Part shown: positions 36,233 through 46,438 of the stretch, in pieces
Layout: each line of letters begins with the position of its first letter
How positions within the stretch are numbered: position 1 is the stretch's first letter
Assembly: GCA_047601445.1 (NCBI GenBank)
Contig: JASGJH010000001.1
Span: 4,128,001-4,192,000 of the forward strand
Reading direction: 5' to 3'
From: Myxococcales bacterium
Lineage (GTDB): Bacteria; Myxococcota_A; Polyangia; Polyangiales; DASUME01
Length of the DNA: 64,000 nt
The notes under the pieces: generated by a model
The model's database searches: none
The model's input: the letters and a program-made list of their open reading frames with translations, nothing else
What the model was told of the DNA's origin: nothing
Program-made: the position numbers and the translations under genes

Positions 36233-39200
36233 GTGGGTCGATACGATCCCATCGTGAGCGTCTCGCACACGGCACGTCAGCCTGCGCCAACGGGGAGCGG
36301 TGCGCCTCCGCTTCCCAAGCTCGTGGGTCGCTATCAATTGCGCTCGGAGCTGGGGCGCGGCGGCATGGCGACGGTGTACCGCGCGTTCGACGAGGGCAAG
36401 CAACGCGAGGTCGCGCTGAAGGTGCTCGAGCGCAGCGAGGAGCGCTTGATCAGTCTCTTCGAGCGCGAGTTCGAGACCCTGGCATACCTCGCGCACCCGC
36501 GCGTGATCGCCGCCTACGACTTTGGCATCGCAGAAGGCAGGCGCTTCTACACCATGGAGCTGCTCACAGGGCAGGACCTCCTCGCGCTCTCTCCGCTGCC
36601 GTGGCTCCGCGTCTGTGAAATCGCGCGCGATGTGTGTACTTCGCTGGTTCTGCTGCACGCCCAGCGACTCGTTCACCGCGACGTCAACCCGCTCAACGTG
36701 CGGATCGATGGCGAGGGACGCGCCAAGCTGATCGACTTCGGTGCACTCTGCGATTTCGGACGAGCCACGGAGGCGGTGGGCACACCGAACTGCGTCGCGC
36801 CCGAGGTCTTGCGCGGACGCGAGCTGGATCAGCGAACCGACTTGTTCTCGCTCGGCTCCGTGATGTACTACGCCCTCACGGGAACGACGCCCTACGCCGT
36901 CCCCAGGTTCTCGGAGGCGGAGGCCGCCTGGCGCAGGCCACCCGAGGAGCCTTCGCAGCGCGTGCAGGCCATCCCCAAGGCACTCGATGAGCTGGTCCTC
37001 TCGCTGCTCAGCCTGGATCCCATGGGGAGGCCCGGCCATGCAGCGGAGCTCATCGATCGCTTGAGCGCGCTGGCGCAGCTCGACGACGAGCCGCTGGCGG
37101 GCCTGGCGGGCAATCACCTGTTCAGTTCGCTCTTGGTCGGGCGCGAGCGTGAGCAAAGCGAGCTGGGACGCCTCGGCTCCCTCGCGCGGACGGGCCAGGG
37201 CGAAGTGGTGGTGGTCGCAGGGAACTCAGGCATCGGCAAGACACGCTTGGTCGCCTCCGCATGCGTCGACGCGCAGCTGAGCGGCGTGACGACGCTGCGC
37301 GTGGAAGCTCGCTCGTGCGCTGGCGGCGACGAGCTGTTGCGCGCCCTCATCGCCAGCGCCTTCGAGGCCGCCCCCGCCGAAGCTACACGCGCGCTCCCCG
37401 ACCATCTCGAGCAGCTGCGCGAGCTCTTGCCAGCACCTCCGGACATGGCGTTGAAGCAGCGCATGGCGCCCGCGAACGACGTCACGCCGCGCGGTCGCGA
37501 AAACGAGCGCGCATCCCTCGTTCGACGCCAACTCGCCACGGCGAGATGGCTCGGAGCGATCGCACGCAACACTCCGCTGCTCCTGGCCATCGATGACGCG
37601 CACCTGCTCCCTCCCGATGCAGCCGGCGTTCTCACGATGCTCGCCGAACGCGCCTACGAGCGCCCGCTGGTGCTGCTGGTCGCTCACTGCGGCGAGGTTC
37701 CCACGGCGCCCGCCGTGGCGCAGCTACCTTTCATGGGAACGCAGGTGAACGTTCTTCCCTTCGATGAGTTGGCGGTGGACAAGCTGGTGCGCTCCATCTT
37801 CGGCGACGTGCCCCAGCGCACGCGGCTGTCCGAGTGGCTGGTTCGCTCGGCTCAGGGCAACCCGGGCAAGGTGGTCTCCCTGCTCAGCCGGCTGCTCGCC
37901 TCCAAGGCCATCCGCTACGCCGGTGGCGCGTGGGTGCTGCCGCACGAGCTCCGCGATACGGATCTGGATGAGGTGGAGGTCGCGCCCGAGCGTTTGAACT
38001 CCCTCTCCGCCAACGCACGACGCCTGGCACAGCTGCTGGGCCTGGAGGCGGGCGCCACCTCCGAAGTGTTCTTGTCGCGAGTCTGCGCGCATCTGGAGGC
38101 TTCCGAGCTGAGCGATGCACTGACCGAGTTGGTGAGGGCGCAGGCGGTGATCGCCGAGCAAGGGACCTATCGCCTGGCCAGTGCCCGCGTCCGCGAACTG
38201 GTAGACGCCGCACTCGGCCTGGACGAGCGTAGGGCCCTTCACCGGGCCATGGCCGAGGCCTTGCGCGGGAGCCAGGCGAGCGAACACGCGGCCATTCTCG
38301 CCGGACGCCCACACGAGCTCTCTGCGCTTGCACTGCTGCACGCCATCCGCTGCGGACTGCATTCCTTGCGCGCCGGCGAAGAAGCTCTCGCTACCCAGGT
38401 GCTGTGCATTTGCGCGACGGAGCTCGCCAAACGCGGCGACGCCTTGATGACGGCGGTGCCCGACCTCGAAGGCGCCATCCACACCTATCGAGCGCTCGGC
38501 CGGTCCCGCAACGTCTACGCCCCCTTGACGAGCGTACTGGTCCTCGCCGGGACGTACTCCGACTTCCGACTGAATTATCGCTATGGTGAAGAGCTACTGG
38601 ACACCTTCGCCGAAGCGGCAGGGCTGAAATGGGCTGCGCGGCTCGAGCGCCACGTGCCGGGGCGCGTCGCTCTCTATCTTTCGTTAGCGGTGGCCTTCGT
38701 TCTGTCCATGCTGGCGCCCCGCAGGCGCATAGGCACGGGTTTTCGCGATGTGATGTTGGGTTTGATCGGGGTGGGCTCGGCCGTGCTCGGGATCTGTCCC
38801 GTTACCCAGGACCGGTTGCGTGCCGAGCGCGTCCGCGAGCAGCTCCGGATGCTCTGGTACTTCCCTCAGGGGCACCCCGCCCATCAGGTGCACGGCTTTC
38901 AGCTGGCCCTGGTCGATCATGCCGCAGGTCGCTTTCGCGAGTCCGCCGAGCGCTGCCGCAAGACCCTGGCATATCTGAGCTCGCCAGCGGCCCGCAAGGC
39001 TCTGCGCGAAGATGCACGCGCCCAACTGGAGTCCGGCATCTATACGCTCCTGGCGCAGCTCGACGCGCTGCGCACTGACGACACACTGCGCGAGACTCTC
39101 GAGGCAACGACCCGACTGCGCGCCTTCACGGCCCCCCAGACGCGGGCCGCTGCGCGCGTGACGTACCATGGCCACCGCGGAGAGCGCGCTCAGTTTCTCA

Positions 39201-40387
39201 AGGCCCTCGAAGAACTGGACCAGCTCGCCGCAGCGAGCGGTGCGACCTGGCGCAACGACGTGCAGGTGCCACGCATGATGTGGAGCACCTATGCGATGTG
39301 CGAGGACGTGCTAAGCCTGAAGCGCGCCGTACAGCAGCTGGATCGACTCGCCGAGGTCTTGCCCTCGGTGGCGGAGATGCGCGATGCCGTCAATGCCTGC
39401 TACCTGACCGAGCGTGGCCTGTACGACGAGGCGTTGGCCCACTACGCCGGACTCTTCGAGGCGCCTCGCGAGGGGCTGCGCCGCACGCAATACCGGGCTG
39501 CCCATGCACGTTTGTTGCGCAAGGCGGGCCGGGCCAGCCATGCCCGAAAGCTCTGCGAGGAAGAGCTCGCGCTGCTGGTGCCTGGCGACTACGACTATGC
39601 CGTTCTGGTGTTTGCGGTGGAACGCGAGTTGGTGCTGGCGTTGACCGCGGAGGGCAATCTCGACCGTGCGCGTCAGCTGGCCGACAAGCTGGTAGCCGAC
39701 CAGAGCGGTCATGACAACGGGCTGCTGATCGGTCTCGCACACGGGGCACGCGCCGAAGTCGCACTGGCCGAGAGCGACACCCTGGCCTTCGAGCATCACC
39801 TGGAGCAGATGCGCAAGGCGGTGCGGCCCCTCGACAACCCGGCCCTCTTTGCGTGCGCACAGCGCCTGCAGGACCGCGCTCGGGGCAACCGCGCGAAGGG
39901 CAGTGTCCGGCCGGCTGCGCGCGACGAAGCCACCCAAGTCCTCGCCCTCTCGACCAGCGACCGGCTGGATCCCGCCCAGCGTGCACGGCAAGCACTGGAG
40001 GCCGCCGTGCAGGCAGCGGGAGCCGATGGAGGCTACCTCTTTGTCACGGAAGCGGGCTCGCTGGTCATGCGCGAGCGAACGCTCGACGGGCCCACAGCCG
40101 ACTGCATCGAAGAGCTGACGACGAGCGCGCTCTTTGAAGACGGCAGCTTCTCCACGGATCTGACCTCCGCAGGTGGTGCCGCCGTCACGCCCGCTGAGGC
40201 TGCCGAGGGCGCCACCGGTGCGCCCCTGTCGCAGCCGTGGTCAGGCCGTCAGGCATACTGGTTCTCGCTGCCCATCTCCCACGCTAGCCAGCACCAGCAG
40301 CCTGGCACCCTGGTCCTGGTGGCCCGAGACAAGCAGCTTGCGCGGGTTCCGTTCAGTATTCTCACGCGGCTCGCCTCGGCCGTCTGA
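36233..40387 (+). CDS. Ser/Thr kinase-ATPase-helical protein with C-terminal GAF-like region
   Basis: GRGGMA, ALK, HRDVNPLN, DFG, APE. Walker A GNSGIGKT, Walker B LAIDDAH. AGGAG then GTG at 36233. Clear paralog of 8390..12160. Confidence 0.9.
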   Translation: MGRYDPIVSVSHTARQPAPTGSGAPPLPKLVGRYQLRSELGRGGMATVYRAFDEGKQREVALKVLERSEERLISLFEREFETLAYLAHPRVIAAYDFGIAEGRRFYTMELLTGQDLLALSPLPWLRVCEIARDVCTSLVLLHAQRLVHRDVNPLNVRIDGEGRAKLIDFGALCDFGRATEAVGTPNCVAPEVLRGRELDQRTDLFSLGSVMYYALTGTTPYAVPRFSEAEAAWRRPPEEPSQRVQAIPKALDELVLSLLSLDPMGRPGHAAELIDRLSALAQLDDEPLAGLAGNHLFSSLLVGREREQSELGRLGSLARTGQGEVVVVAGNSGIGKTRLVASACVDAQLSGVTTLRVEARSCAGGDELLRALIASAFEAAPAEATRALPDHLEQLRELLPAPPDMALKQRMAPANDVTPRGRENERASLVRRQLATARWLGAIARNTPLLLAIDDAHLLPPDAAGVLTMLAERAYERPLVLLVAHCGEVPTAPAVAQLPFMGTQVNVLPFDELAVDKLVRSIFGDVPQRTRLSEWLVRSAQGNPGKVVSLLSRLLASKAIRYAGGAWVLPHELRDTDLDEVEVAPERLNSLSANARRLAQLLGLEAGATSEVFLSRVCAHLEASELSDALTELVRAQAVIAEQGTYRLASARVRELVDAALGLDERRALHRAMAEALRGSQASEHAAILAGRPHELSALALLHAIRCGLHSLRAGEEALATQVLCICATELAKRGDALMTAVPDLEGAIHTYRALGRSRNVYAPLTSVLVLAGTYSDFRLNYRYGEELLDTFAEAAGLKWAARLERHVPGRVALYLSLAVAFVLSMLAPRRRIGTGFRDVMLGLIGVGSAVLGICPVTQDRLRAERVREQLRMLWYFPQGHPAHQVHGFQLALVDHAAGRFRESAERCRKTLAYLSSPAARKALREDARAQLESGIYTLLAQLDALRTDDTLRETLEATTRLRAFTAPQTRAAARVTYHGHRGERAQFLKALEELDQLAAASGATWRNDVQVPRMMWSTYAMCEDVLSLKRAVQQLDRLAEVLPSVAEMRDAVNACYLTERGLYDEALAHYAGLFEAPREGLRRTQYRAAHARLLRKAGRASHARKLCEEELALLVPGDYDYAVLVFAVERELVLALTAEGNLDRARQLADKLVADQSGHDNGLLIGLAHGARAEVALAESDTLAFEHHLEQMRKAVRPLDNPALFACAQRLQDRARGNRAKGSVRPAARDEATQVLALSTSDRLDPAQRARQALEAAVQAAGADGGYLFVTEAGSLVMRERTLDGPTADCIEELTTSALFEDGSFSTDLTSAGGAAVTPAEAAEGATGAPLSQPWSGRQAYWFSLPISHASQHQQPGTLVLVARDKQLARVPFSILTRLASAV

Positions 40388-40453
40388 GCGCGAGCCCAAC
40401 GCGGTGGCGGATGAACGACGGCGGCTGCCATGCGCGCACGACATGCCCGGCTC

Positions 40454-41059
40454 TCATTCAGTTGCCGAGAGAAGCCCCACGAGCATTCTTGCTCCGCACA
40501 GCGTGCTGACCAATCCCGCCGAGACCACCAGCCGGCGGCGCACGACGCGTGCAGACGATGCTCGGAACAGGTAAGCCAGAGCGAGCGTAATCACGATCAT
40601 GCCGAGCACCGTACCGAGACCGAACAGCGCGAGGTAGAGCAGTGCATGTAGCGCGGAGCCGATCGTGGTGAGCGCCAGCAAGGCGACGGCCGCGGAGCCC
40701 GCCAGGCCGTGAATGCAGCCGAGCGCTACGGGACGAGCCGGATGAGGGGCGGTCTCGAGGCTTGGCTCGCGGGCACTCGGCAGAAGTTGTAACAGCCCCA
40801 GGAACAGCAGGCTCAGCGCCACCAAGGCTTCCACGCCGACCTCGAACTCGTGCGGCATACGAAGTTCGAAGCGCACCATCGCAAGGCCCACCGCGAGAAA
40901 GGTCAGCGTGTGTCCGAGGCCCCAGAACGCCGCCGTGCGCAAAGCCCCCGTGATGCTGGTACGCCCGACGACCACGCTTGCGATGGTCGCCACGTGATCC
41001 ACGTCAGCGGCGTGTCGAACTCCGAGCGCAAGGCCGAGTAGCAAAGGAGAAGCGAACAC
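40454..41059 (-). CDS. NiCoT/UreH-like nickel/cobalt transporter
   Basis: RHAADVDH, WGLGHT and GCIHGLAGS signatures; multiple TM helices; last gene of the cob operon. Confidence 0.85.
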   Translation of the reverse strand: MFASPLLLGLALGVRHAADVDHVATIASVVVGRTSITGALRTAAFWGLGHTLTFLAVGLAMVRFELRMPHEFEVGVEALVALSLLFLGLLQLLPSAREPSLETAPHPARPVALGCIHGLAGSAAVALLALTTIGSALHALLYLALFGLGTVLGMIVITLALAYLFRASSARVVRRRLVVSAGLVSTLCGARMLVGLLSATE

Positions 41060-41102
41060 GTGATGGGATCTCCGGGTCAGTTGTCCTACGGAATCGGCTT
41101 CG

Positions 41103-42470
41103 CTAGCAGCTTGCGCGAAGGCATGCCCCCACGAGGCCAGCAGCGACGTCGGGGTTCGATGCCCAGTGAGCATGGACGTAGCTCGCCAATACGGAACCCC
41201 GTCCGTAGCCTTCCGGGTTGATAGCCCCGTTGCGCCGCGTGCAGACCTGATAGCGTTGCGCCGGCACATCCGTGTCGAAGCGGGAATAGCGAAACTGGTG
41301 ACCACGGAAGCAGGTTCCGGCCCTGCCCAGAATGGTGTCCTCCCGCGTCTCTACCTCCACGTAGCCCAGGGCGGCGAGGCGCGGCTGCATGCAGGCGATG
41401 CCTGGTACGAGGCCCATCATGGGGTGACGCTGCCCATCGAGGGTGACGATCGCATCGCTCAAGAACATGAGCCCGCCGCACTCGGCGTAGATTGGCCTTC
41501 CACGCGCGGCAAACTCCTGAAGCGCAGCGCGCAGGTGTGCTTTGCGTGCCAGAGCCTGAGCATGGAGCTCGGGGTACCCGCCGCCGAAATAGAGGCCATC
41601 CACGTCCGGCAAGCCAGTGTCAGCCAATGGCGAGAAGTACACGAGCTCCGCGCCCAACGCCTCGAGAAGCCGCAGGTTGTATGGGTAGTAGAAGGAGAAC
41701 GCCTGGTCACGCGCGACGCCGATACGACAGCGCCCGAAGCGCACGAGGGGCGCACCCGGCCGAGCTCGGAGAGGAGCGGCAGCCCGCGCCAAAGAGAGCA
41801 CATCGTCGAGGTTGGTGTAGGCGAGCAAGCGCTCCGCCCAGACGTCGAGAACCTGCTCGCTCACCGCCTGGTCAGCCGTGTGTAGGCCGAGGTGGCGGGA
41901 AGGAAACTGCCCATCTTCTGCCTTCAGCAAGCTACCGACGAGCGGAGGATCGCCGCAGGCGCTAGCGAGTAGCGCGTGATGGCTAGCGCTACCCACGCGA
42001 TTGCACAGAACGCCAGCCACATGCACCTCGGGCGCGAACTGGCCAAAGCCCCGGGCGACTGCCGCCACCGAGCGCGCCATGCCGCTCGCGTCCACCACGA
42101 GCAGTACCGGCGCAGACAGCCAGCTCGCGATCTCTGCCGAGGAACCTTCGTTGCTGGTCGGGCCCGCCCCGTCGAACAGGCCCATCGCCCCCTCGATCAG
42201 CGCAATGTCGGCGCCGCGGGTCAGCTCGAGGAACGTCTCGACAACGGCGTCGCGCCCCATCATCCAGCCGTCCAGATTGTGGCTGGGCCTAGCCGTGGCG
42301 AGTCGATGGTAGGTCGGGTCGAGATAGTCAGGGCCGCATTTGAACAGCACGGTCTTCAGGCCTCGCTTGCGCAACGCGCGGGCGAGCGCGACCGTCATGG
42401 TGGTCTTGCCCACGCCGCTCGACACGCCTGCGATCAACAGGCGTGGGACGTGGACGGCCTCACTCTGCAT
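41103..42470 (-). CDS. cbiA: Cobyrinate a,c-diamide synthase
   Basis: SGVGKT, KCGPDYLDP, EGAMGLFDG, SRHLGL, GGGYPEL, AECGGL, SYVHAH. Confidence 0.95.
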   Translation of the reverse strand: MQSEAVHVPRLLIAGVSSGVGKTTMTVALARALRKRGLKTVLFKCGPDYLDPTYHRLATARPSHNLDGWMMGRDAVVETFLELTRGADIALIEGAMGLFDGAGPTSNEGSSAEIASWLSAPVLLVVDASGMARSVAAVARGFGQFAPEVHVAGVLCNRVGSASHHALLASACGDPPLVGSLLKAEDGQFPSRHLGLHTADQAVSEQVLDVWAERLLAYTNLDDVLSLARAAAPLRARPGAPLVRFGRCRIGVARDQAFSFYYPYNLRLLEALGAELVYFSPLADTGLPDVDGLYFGGGYPELHAQALARKAHLRAALQEFAARGRPIYAECGGLMFLSDAIVTLDGQRHPMMGLVPGIACMQPRLAALGYVEVETREDTILGRAGTCFRGHQFRYSRFDTDVPAQRYQVCTRRNGAINPEGYGRGSVLASYVHAHWASNPDVAAGLVGACLRASC

Positions 42471-43245
42471 CGGTGGCTCGCTCGCCCGTTACGGTGCCGC
42501 GCCGAAAGCGGTGGGTGAAGGTGGGGTCGTACAGGCGCGAGTTGGCGAAGTCTTTCGCGGAGAGGACGCGACCCACGATCACCATCGATTGTGAGCGCAA
42601 GCCGGCGTCTCGAGCCCGCTGCGCGATGTCAGCCAGCGTACCCATGACGACGCGCTGGTCCGGACAGCTGGCCTTGTGCACTACGGCCACAGGGCAGTCC
42701 TCGCCGTAGTGCGGCGAGAGCTCGCGTGCGACGTCGCGCAGCAAGTTGATGCTGAGGAACAGGCACATGGTCGCCCCGTGCGCCGCCAACCCGGCCAACT
42801 TCTCGCCTGCGGGCATGGGCGTGCGTCCTTCGGCACGGGTCAGGATCACGGTCTGGCTGAGCTCGGGTAGCGTGAGCTCCTTGCCTAGCGCCGCAGCGGC
42901 CGCCGTAAAAGAGGAGACGCCTGGCACGATCTCGAATTCGATGCCGAGCTCCTCGAGTTTGCGGATCTGCTCCGCCGTGGATCCGAAAATCGAGGGGTCT
43001 CCAGTGTGAACTCGGGCCACGTCCTGATTGCGCTCGTGTGCCTCCCTGATGATGGCGATGATCTCGTCGAGGGTCATCCCCGAGGAATCGAGCACCCTGG
43101 CATCGGCCCTCGCTCGCGCGACCGCCTCCTTCGGCACCAGAGAGCCAGTGTAGAGAACGACCGGGCAGCGCTCGATCAGCTCGGCTGCGCGAAGGGTAAG
43201 CAACTTGGGGTCGCCGGGGCCCGCTCCGATGATGTACACACGCAT
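42460..43245 (-). CDS. cbiF: (Cobalt-)precorrin-4 C11-methyltransferase (CbiF/CobM)
   Basis: IGAGPGDP, YTGSLVP, RVHTGDPSIFG, ELTLPELSQTVILTR, SRLYDPTFTH. Confidence 0.95.
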   Translation of the reverse strand: MRVYIIGAGPGDPKLLTLRAAELIERCPVVLYTGSLVPKEAVARARADARVLDSSGMTLDEIIAIIREAHERNQDVARVHTGDPSIFGSTAEQIRKLEELGIEFEIVPGVSSFTAAAAALGKELTLPELSQTVILTRAEGRTPMPAGEKLAGLAAHGATMCLFLSINLLRDVARELSPHYGEDCPVAVVHKASCPDQRVVMGTLADIAQRARDAGLRSQSMVIVGRVLSAKDFANSRLYDPTFTHRFRRGTVTGERATDAE

Positions 43246-43256
43246 TCGATCACTCC

Positions 43257-43670
43257 TCAAGTGCAGCGCAGCACGGTGTCGCGCACCACATCCCAAACCC
43301 GTTCGGGAGCTTCGACGAACCAGCGCGCTTCGATGGACTCGGGCAGGCCCTCGTCGTCGGCGTCGTCGTGTCCACATATCAACCGCCAGAGCCGATCGCT
43401 CACGGACCCGTTGCGCTGGATGAGCAAGCGCTCGGCGAGCAGCCTGGGAAGTGGCTCGCCTTCGAGTCCAAGCCTGAGCCAGGGCGCCTCGAGCTTCACT
43501 TCAGCGAGCGTCTCGAGCCGAACGTACGGCTGCGAGAGCGCGTCGATCACCGAGGGCTTCACCAGGCCGTACACCTCGAAGTCGACTGGTCGCTTGGTGT
43601 TGCCCACCAGGTAGTAGACGCCCTCAGTCTCGACAAGCATGGCGCCTGCCAATCGCGCAACTCTGGCCAT
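43257..43670 (-). CDS. Hypothetical protein within the cobalamin operon
   Basis: 137 aa, TGATG-coupled to cbiH and 11 nt before cbiF; normal codon bias. Confidence 0.8.
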   Translation of the reverse strand: MARVARLAGAMLVETEGVYYLVGNTKRPVDFEVYGLVKPSVIDALSQPYVRLETLAEVKLEAPWLRLGLEGEPLPRLLAERLLIQRNGSVSDRLWRLICGHDDADDEGLPESIEARWFVEAPERVWDVVRDTVLRCT

Positions 43671-44512
43671 CAGGTGGTTCCTTGATCGAGCCCACCGTCG
43701 ACGACCAGCGAATGGGCGGGACGCTGCCCAGGTAGGGTCTCGCCCTGCCAGGTGTACTTGTTGGTGTATCCGCGCGGCGTGACCATGAAGCCTTCGAATA
43801 CGAAGCTGTTGCTGGAGCCGATCAGCACCGTGGTCAGCATACCGATCTCGAAGTCAAGGAAGCTGTCGAGGTCACTGAGCTCGGTGGTCTGCAGCTTGCG
43901 ATAGGCGCTCTTGACGAGCGCGACCGGGGTGCTGCCGGGACGATGGCGGCGGATGATCTGTTGCGCCTCGACGATCTGGCGCTGCCGTCTCCCGCTCGCC
44001 GGGTTGTAGAGGCCGATCACGAAGTCGGCGCTCGCCGCTGCCTCGATGCGCCGGGCGATCACGGACCAAGGGGTCAACAGGTCCGACAATGAGATCGAAC
44101 AGAAGTCGTGGCCGAGCGGCGCGCCCACCAAAGACGCGCACGAATTCAGCGCCGTCATGCCCGGGATGACACGTAGCTCGGGCGACTGGCCGCGCGTCCA
44201 GCCCACTTCCTGCAGGACCTGGAACACGAGGCTCGCCATGCCGTACACACCAGCATCGCCAGAGGAAATAATGGCCACCTTGGCGCCGCCGCGCGCGCGC
44301 TCGACGGCCGCCCGCGCACGTCCGATCTCCTCGGTCATCCCAGTACGCACGACTTCCTTCCCCTCGATCAACGGCTTGACCAGCTTGATGTACGTGCTGT
44401 AGCCAACGATGAGGTCGGCATCGGCGATGGCCCGCAGGGCTGCGGGCGTCGTGTGTTCTTCGGCGCCTGGTCCGATGCCCACCACGTACAGAACGCCTTG
44501 GCTCTCACTCAC
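43670..44512 (-). CDS. cbiH: (Cobalt-)precorrin-3 C17-methyltransferase (CbiH/CobJ)
   Basis: VVGIGPG, SSGDAGVYGMA, GAPLGHDFCSISLSDLLTPW, YNPAS, TPRGY. Confidence 0.95.
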   Translation of the reverse strand: MSESQGVLYVVGIGPGAEEHTTPAALRAIADADLIVGYSTYIKLVKPLIEGKEVVRTGMTEEIGRARAAVERARGGAKVAIISSGDAGVYGMASLVFQVLQEVGWTRGQSPELRVIPGMTALNSCASLVGAPLGHDFCSISLSDLLTPWSVIARRIEAAASADFVIGLYNPASGRRQRQIVEAQQIIRRHRPGSTPVALVKSAYRKLQTTELSDLDSFLDFEIGMLTTVLIGSSNSFVFEGFMVTPRGYTNKYTWQGETLPGQRPAHSLVVDGGLDQGTT

Positions 44513-45656
44513 GGCTCGCCTCCTCACGCTTCTGAAACGGCACGCGCGCTACCGCGACCGTCATACTGCGACCTGCTCCATCTTCGGTGTAAACCGTCTT
44601 CGGTACGATGACGCGCTCGGCCCCCGCCAGTAGGCGAGCCGCCGGCTCACAAACACCGCGCGTGCCGACATGACGCAACACCGTGGCCGACGGATTCTGG
44701 AGATCGGGCACGCTGTCCAGCTCTTCGGCCGTATAGAAGGTCAGCGGCCAACCGCGCTTCTCCGACAAGGCCAGGAGTCCGGGTTCGTCGCTCTTCTTGT
44801 CGATGCTCGCCATGGCTCTCACGCTCTTGGCAGACAGCCCCTGGTCCGCGAGCACCTTGTCGATGCCGCGCTCGATCAGGGCCAGCGGAGTATTGCGATC
44901 GCAGCCGAGCCCGAGCACGAGGCTCTTCGGCCGATAGACGACGCTGTTGTCGAAGTGCGCAGGATGGCTGCGCGCCACGTCCCGGTCGCTCGCGATCAGT
45001 AGGATCTCGAACGCGCCCGGGTCCACTCCCTCCAAGCCGAGCGCATACTCGACCCCAGGAGGCAGAGCCTTGTCCAGCGGCCAAAACGCGGCGTCGCCGG
45101 CCTCGTGCACGAACAGGACTCGGGCCTGATTGACCACCGCCGCGCAGCCACGGGTCACGTTGCGATCCATGTCGTCGAGGGTCCAACCAAGGTCGCGCCC
45201 GAGGATATCCACCGTGAGCGTGCCGATCGCGTCGCTGGCCGTCGTGATGACCGGCGTCGCTCCGAGTGCCTCCGCAACGCGTTCCGTGAAGGCGTTGCCT
45301 CGGCCCACGTGCCCCGAGAGCACGCAGATCGCAAAGCGCGCCGTGTCATCCACGCACAGCACGGCGGGATCGATCTTCTTGTTCGCCAGCAGCGGCGCGA
45401 CCATGCGGACCACCGCTCCGACGCTGATGACGTGCACGTGGCAGTCGTACGCCTTCCAGGTGTCGCGCAGCAGGGGCCCCATGGGTAGCGGCAGCGGCCG
45501 AGCTTCAGCGAGACTTGGTAGCTCGCGGGCGCCAGCCAAGAGCTTCTCGGATACGTAGACGTCGGCATCCGGCAATGCCGCGACCAACCGCGCAGCATGC
45601 TTCAACCCGTGGCGTGTGATCGCGTAGATCGCATAGGGTTTGCGCTGCTGAATCAT
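44505..45656 (-). CDS. cbiG: Cobalt-precorrin-5A hydrolase
   Basis: GAVVRMVAP, DPAVLCVD, LSGHVGRGN, VITTASD, LGLGC, GVCEPAA. Confidence 0.93.
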   Translation of the reverse strand: MIQQRKPYAIYAITRHGLKHAARLVAALPDADVYVSEKLLAGARELPSLAEARPLPLPMGPLLRDTWKAYDCHVHVISVGAVVRMVAPLLANKKIDPAVLCVDDTARFAICVLSGHVGRGNAFTERVAEALGATPVITTASDAIGTLTVDILGRDLGWTLDDMDRNVTRGCAAVVNQARVLFVHEAGDAAFWPLDKALPPGVEYALGLEGVDPGAFEILLIASDRDVARSHPAHFDNSVVYRPKSLVLGLGCDRNTPLALIERGIDKVLADQGLSAKSVRAMASIDKKSDEPGLLALSEKRGWPLTFYTAEELDSVPDLQNPSATVLRHVGTRGVCEPAARLLAGAERVIVPKTVYTEDGAGRSMTVAVARVPFQKREEASRE

Positions 45657-46438
45657 GGCGCCTCCTCCACCGCAGCGGGCCGAGGCGTACTAGGCACATC
45701 GCCCATCAACACGCCCTTGCGCTCGTTGCGCGACACCACGATCATCGCGAAACAGTCCCCCCGCTGGTCCTGCACCTGGGTCAGGTCGCGCACGATGCGC
45801 TGCTCTTCCATGGTGGCCCGCGATACGTAGGCCGCCCGTTCGAGCAGCGACAACTTTCGCAAGGTCTCGATGATGTGTGGCAGTTCAGGTCCCACCTTCA
45901 TCAGCACCACGGTGTCGAAGCGTGCGAGCACCTCGGCAAGGTCGTCGAAGCCGCTCGTGCCGGAGAGGATCGCAACCCGCTCCTGACCATCGGCGAGTCC
46001 GATGCCCAGGGCCGCGGGCACCGCCATGATGGACGACACCCCTGGCACCACTTCGACAGGCAGCTCCGGGATGCGGGCGCGCAGCTCACGTCGCACGTAA
46101 AGAAACGTGCTGAAGGTGGAGGCATCGCCTTCACTGACGAAGGCCACCGACTTGCCCTCGCGCAGGCGCGCTTCGATCTGACTGCAAGCGCGCAGCACGG
46201 CCGGCCTCACGCGCTCCGGATCCTTGCTCATCGGAAACGTGAGAAGAAGCCGCTCCTGATCGGCGCGCGGCTCCAAGACGGGCTTCACGATGCGCAGCGC
46301 CATCGATTCGCCGAAGTCCGATCCGCGCGGCAGAGCGAGCACCGCCACCTCGCGCAGCACTTCGAGCGCGCGAAGCGTAAGCAAGTTGGTGGCACCGGGC
46401 CCAGCGCCGACACCGTAGAGGGTCCCTAGGTAGTTCAT
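45653..46438 (-). CDS. cbiL: (Cobalt-)precorrin-2 C20-methyltransferase (CbiL/CobI)
   Basis: LYGVGAGPG, LLTLRA, FPMSKD, EGDASTFSTF, VPGVSS, VVLMK. Confidence 0.92.
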   Translation of the reverse strand: MNYLGTLYGVGAGPGATNLLTLRALEVLREVAVLALPRGSDFGESMALRIVKPVLEPRADQERLLLTFPMSKDPERVRPAVLRACSQIEARLREGKSVAFVSEGDASTFSTFLYVRRELRARIPELPVEVVPGVSSIMAVPAALGIGLADGQERVAILSGTSGFDDLAEVLARFDTVVLMKVGPELPHIIETLRKLSLLERAAYVSRATMEEQRIVRDLTQVQDQRGDCFAMIVVSRNERKGVLMGDVPSTPRPAAVEEAP

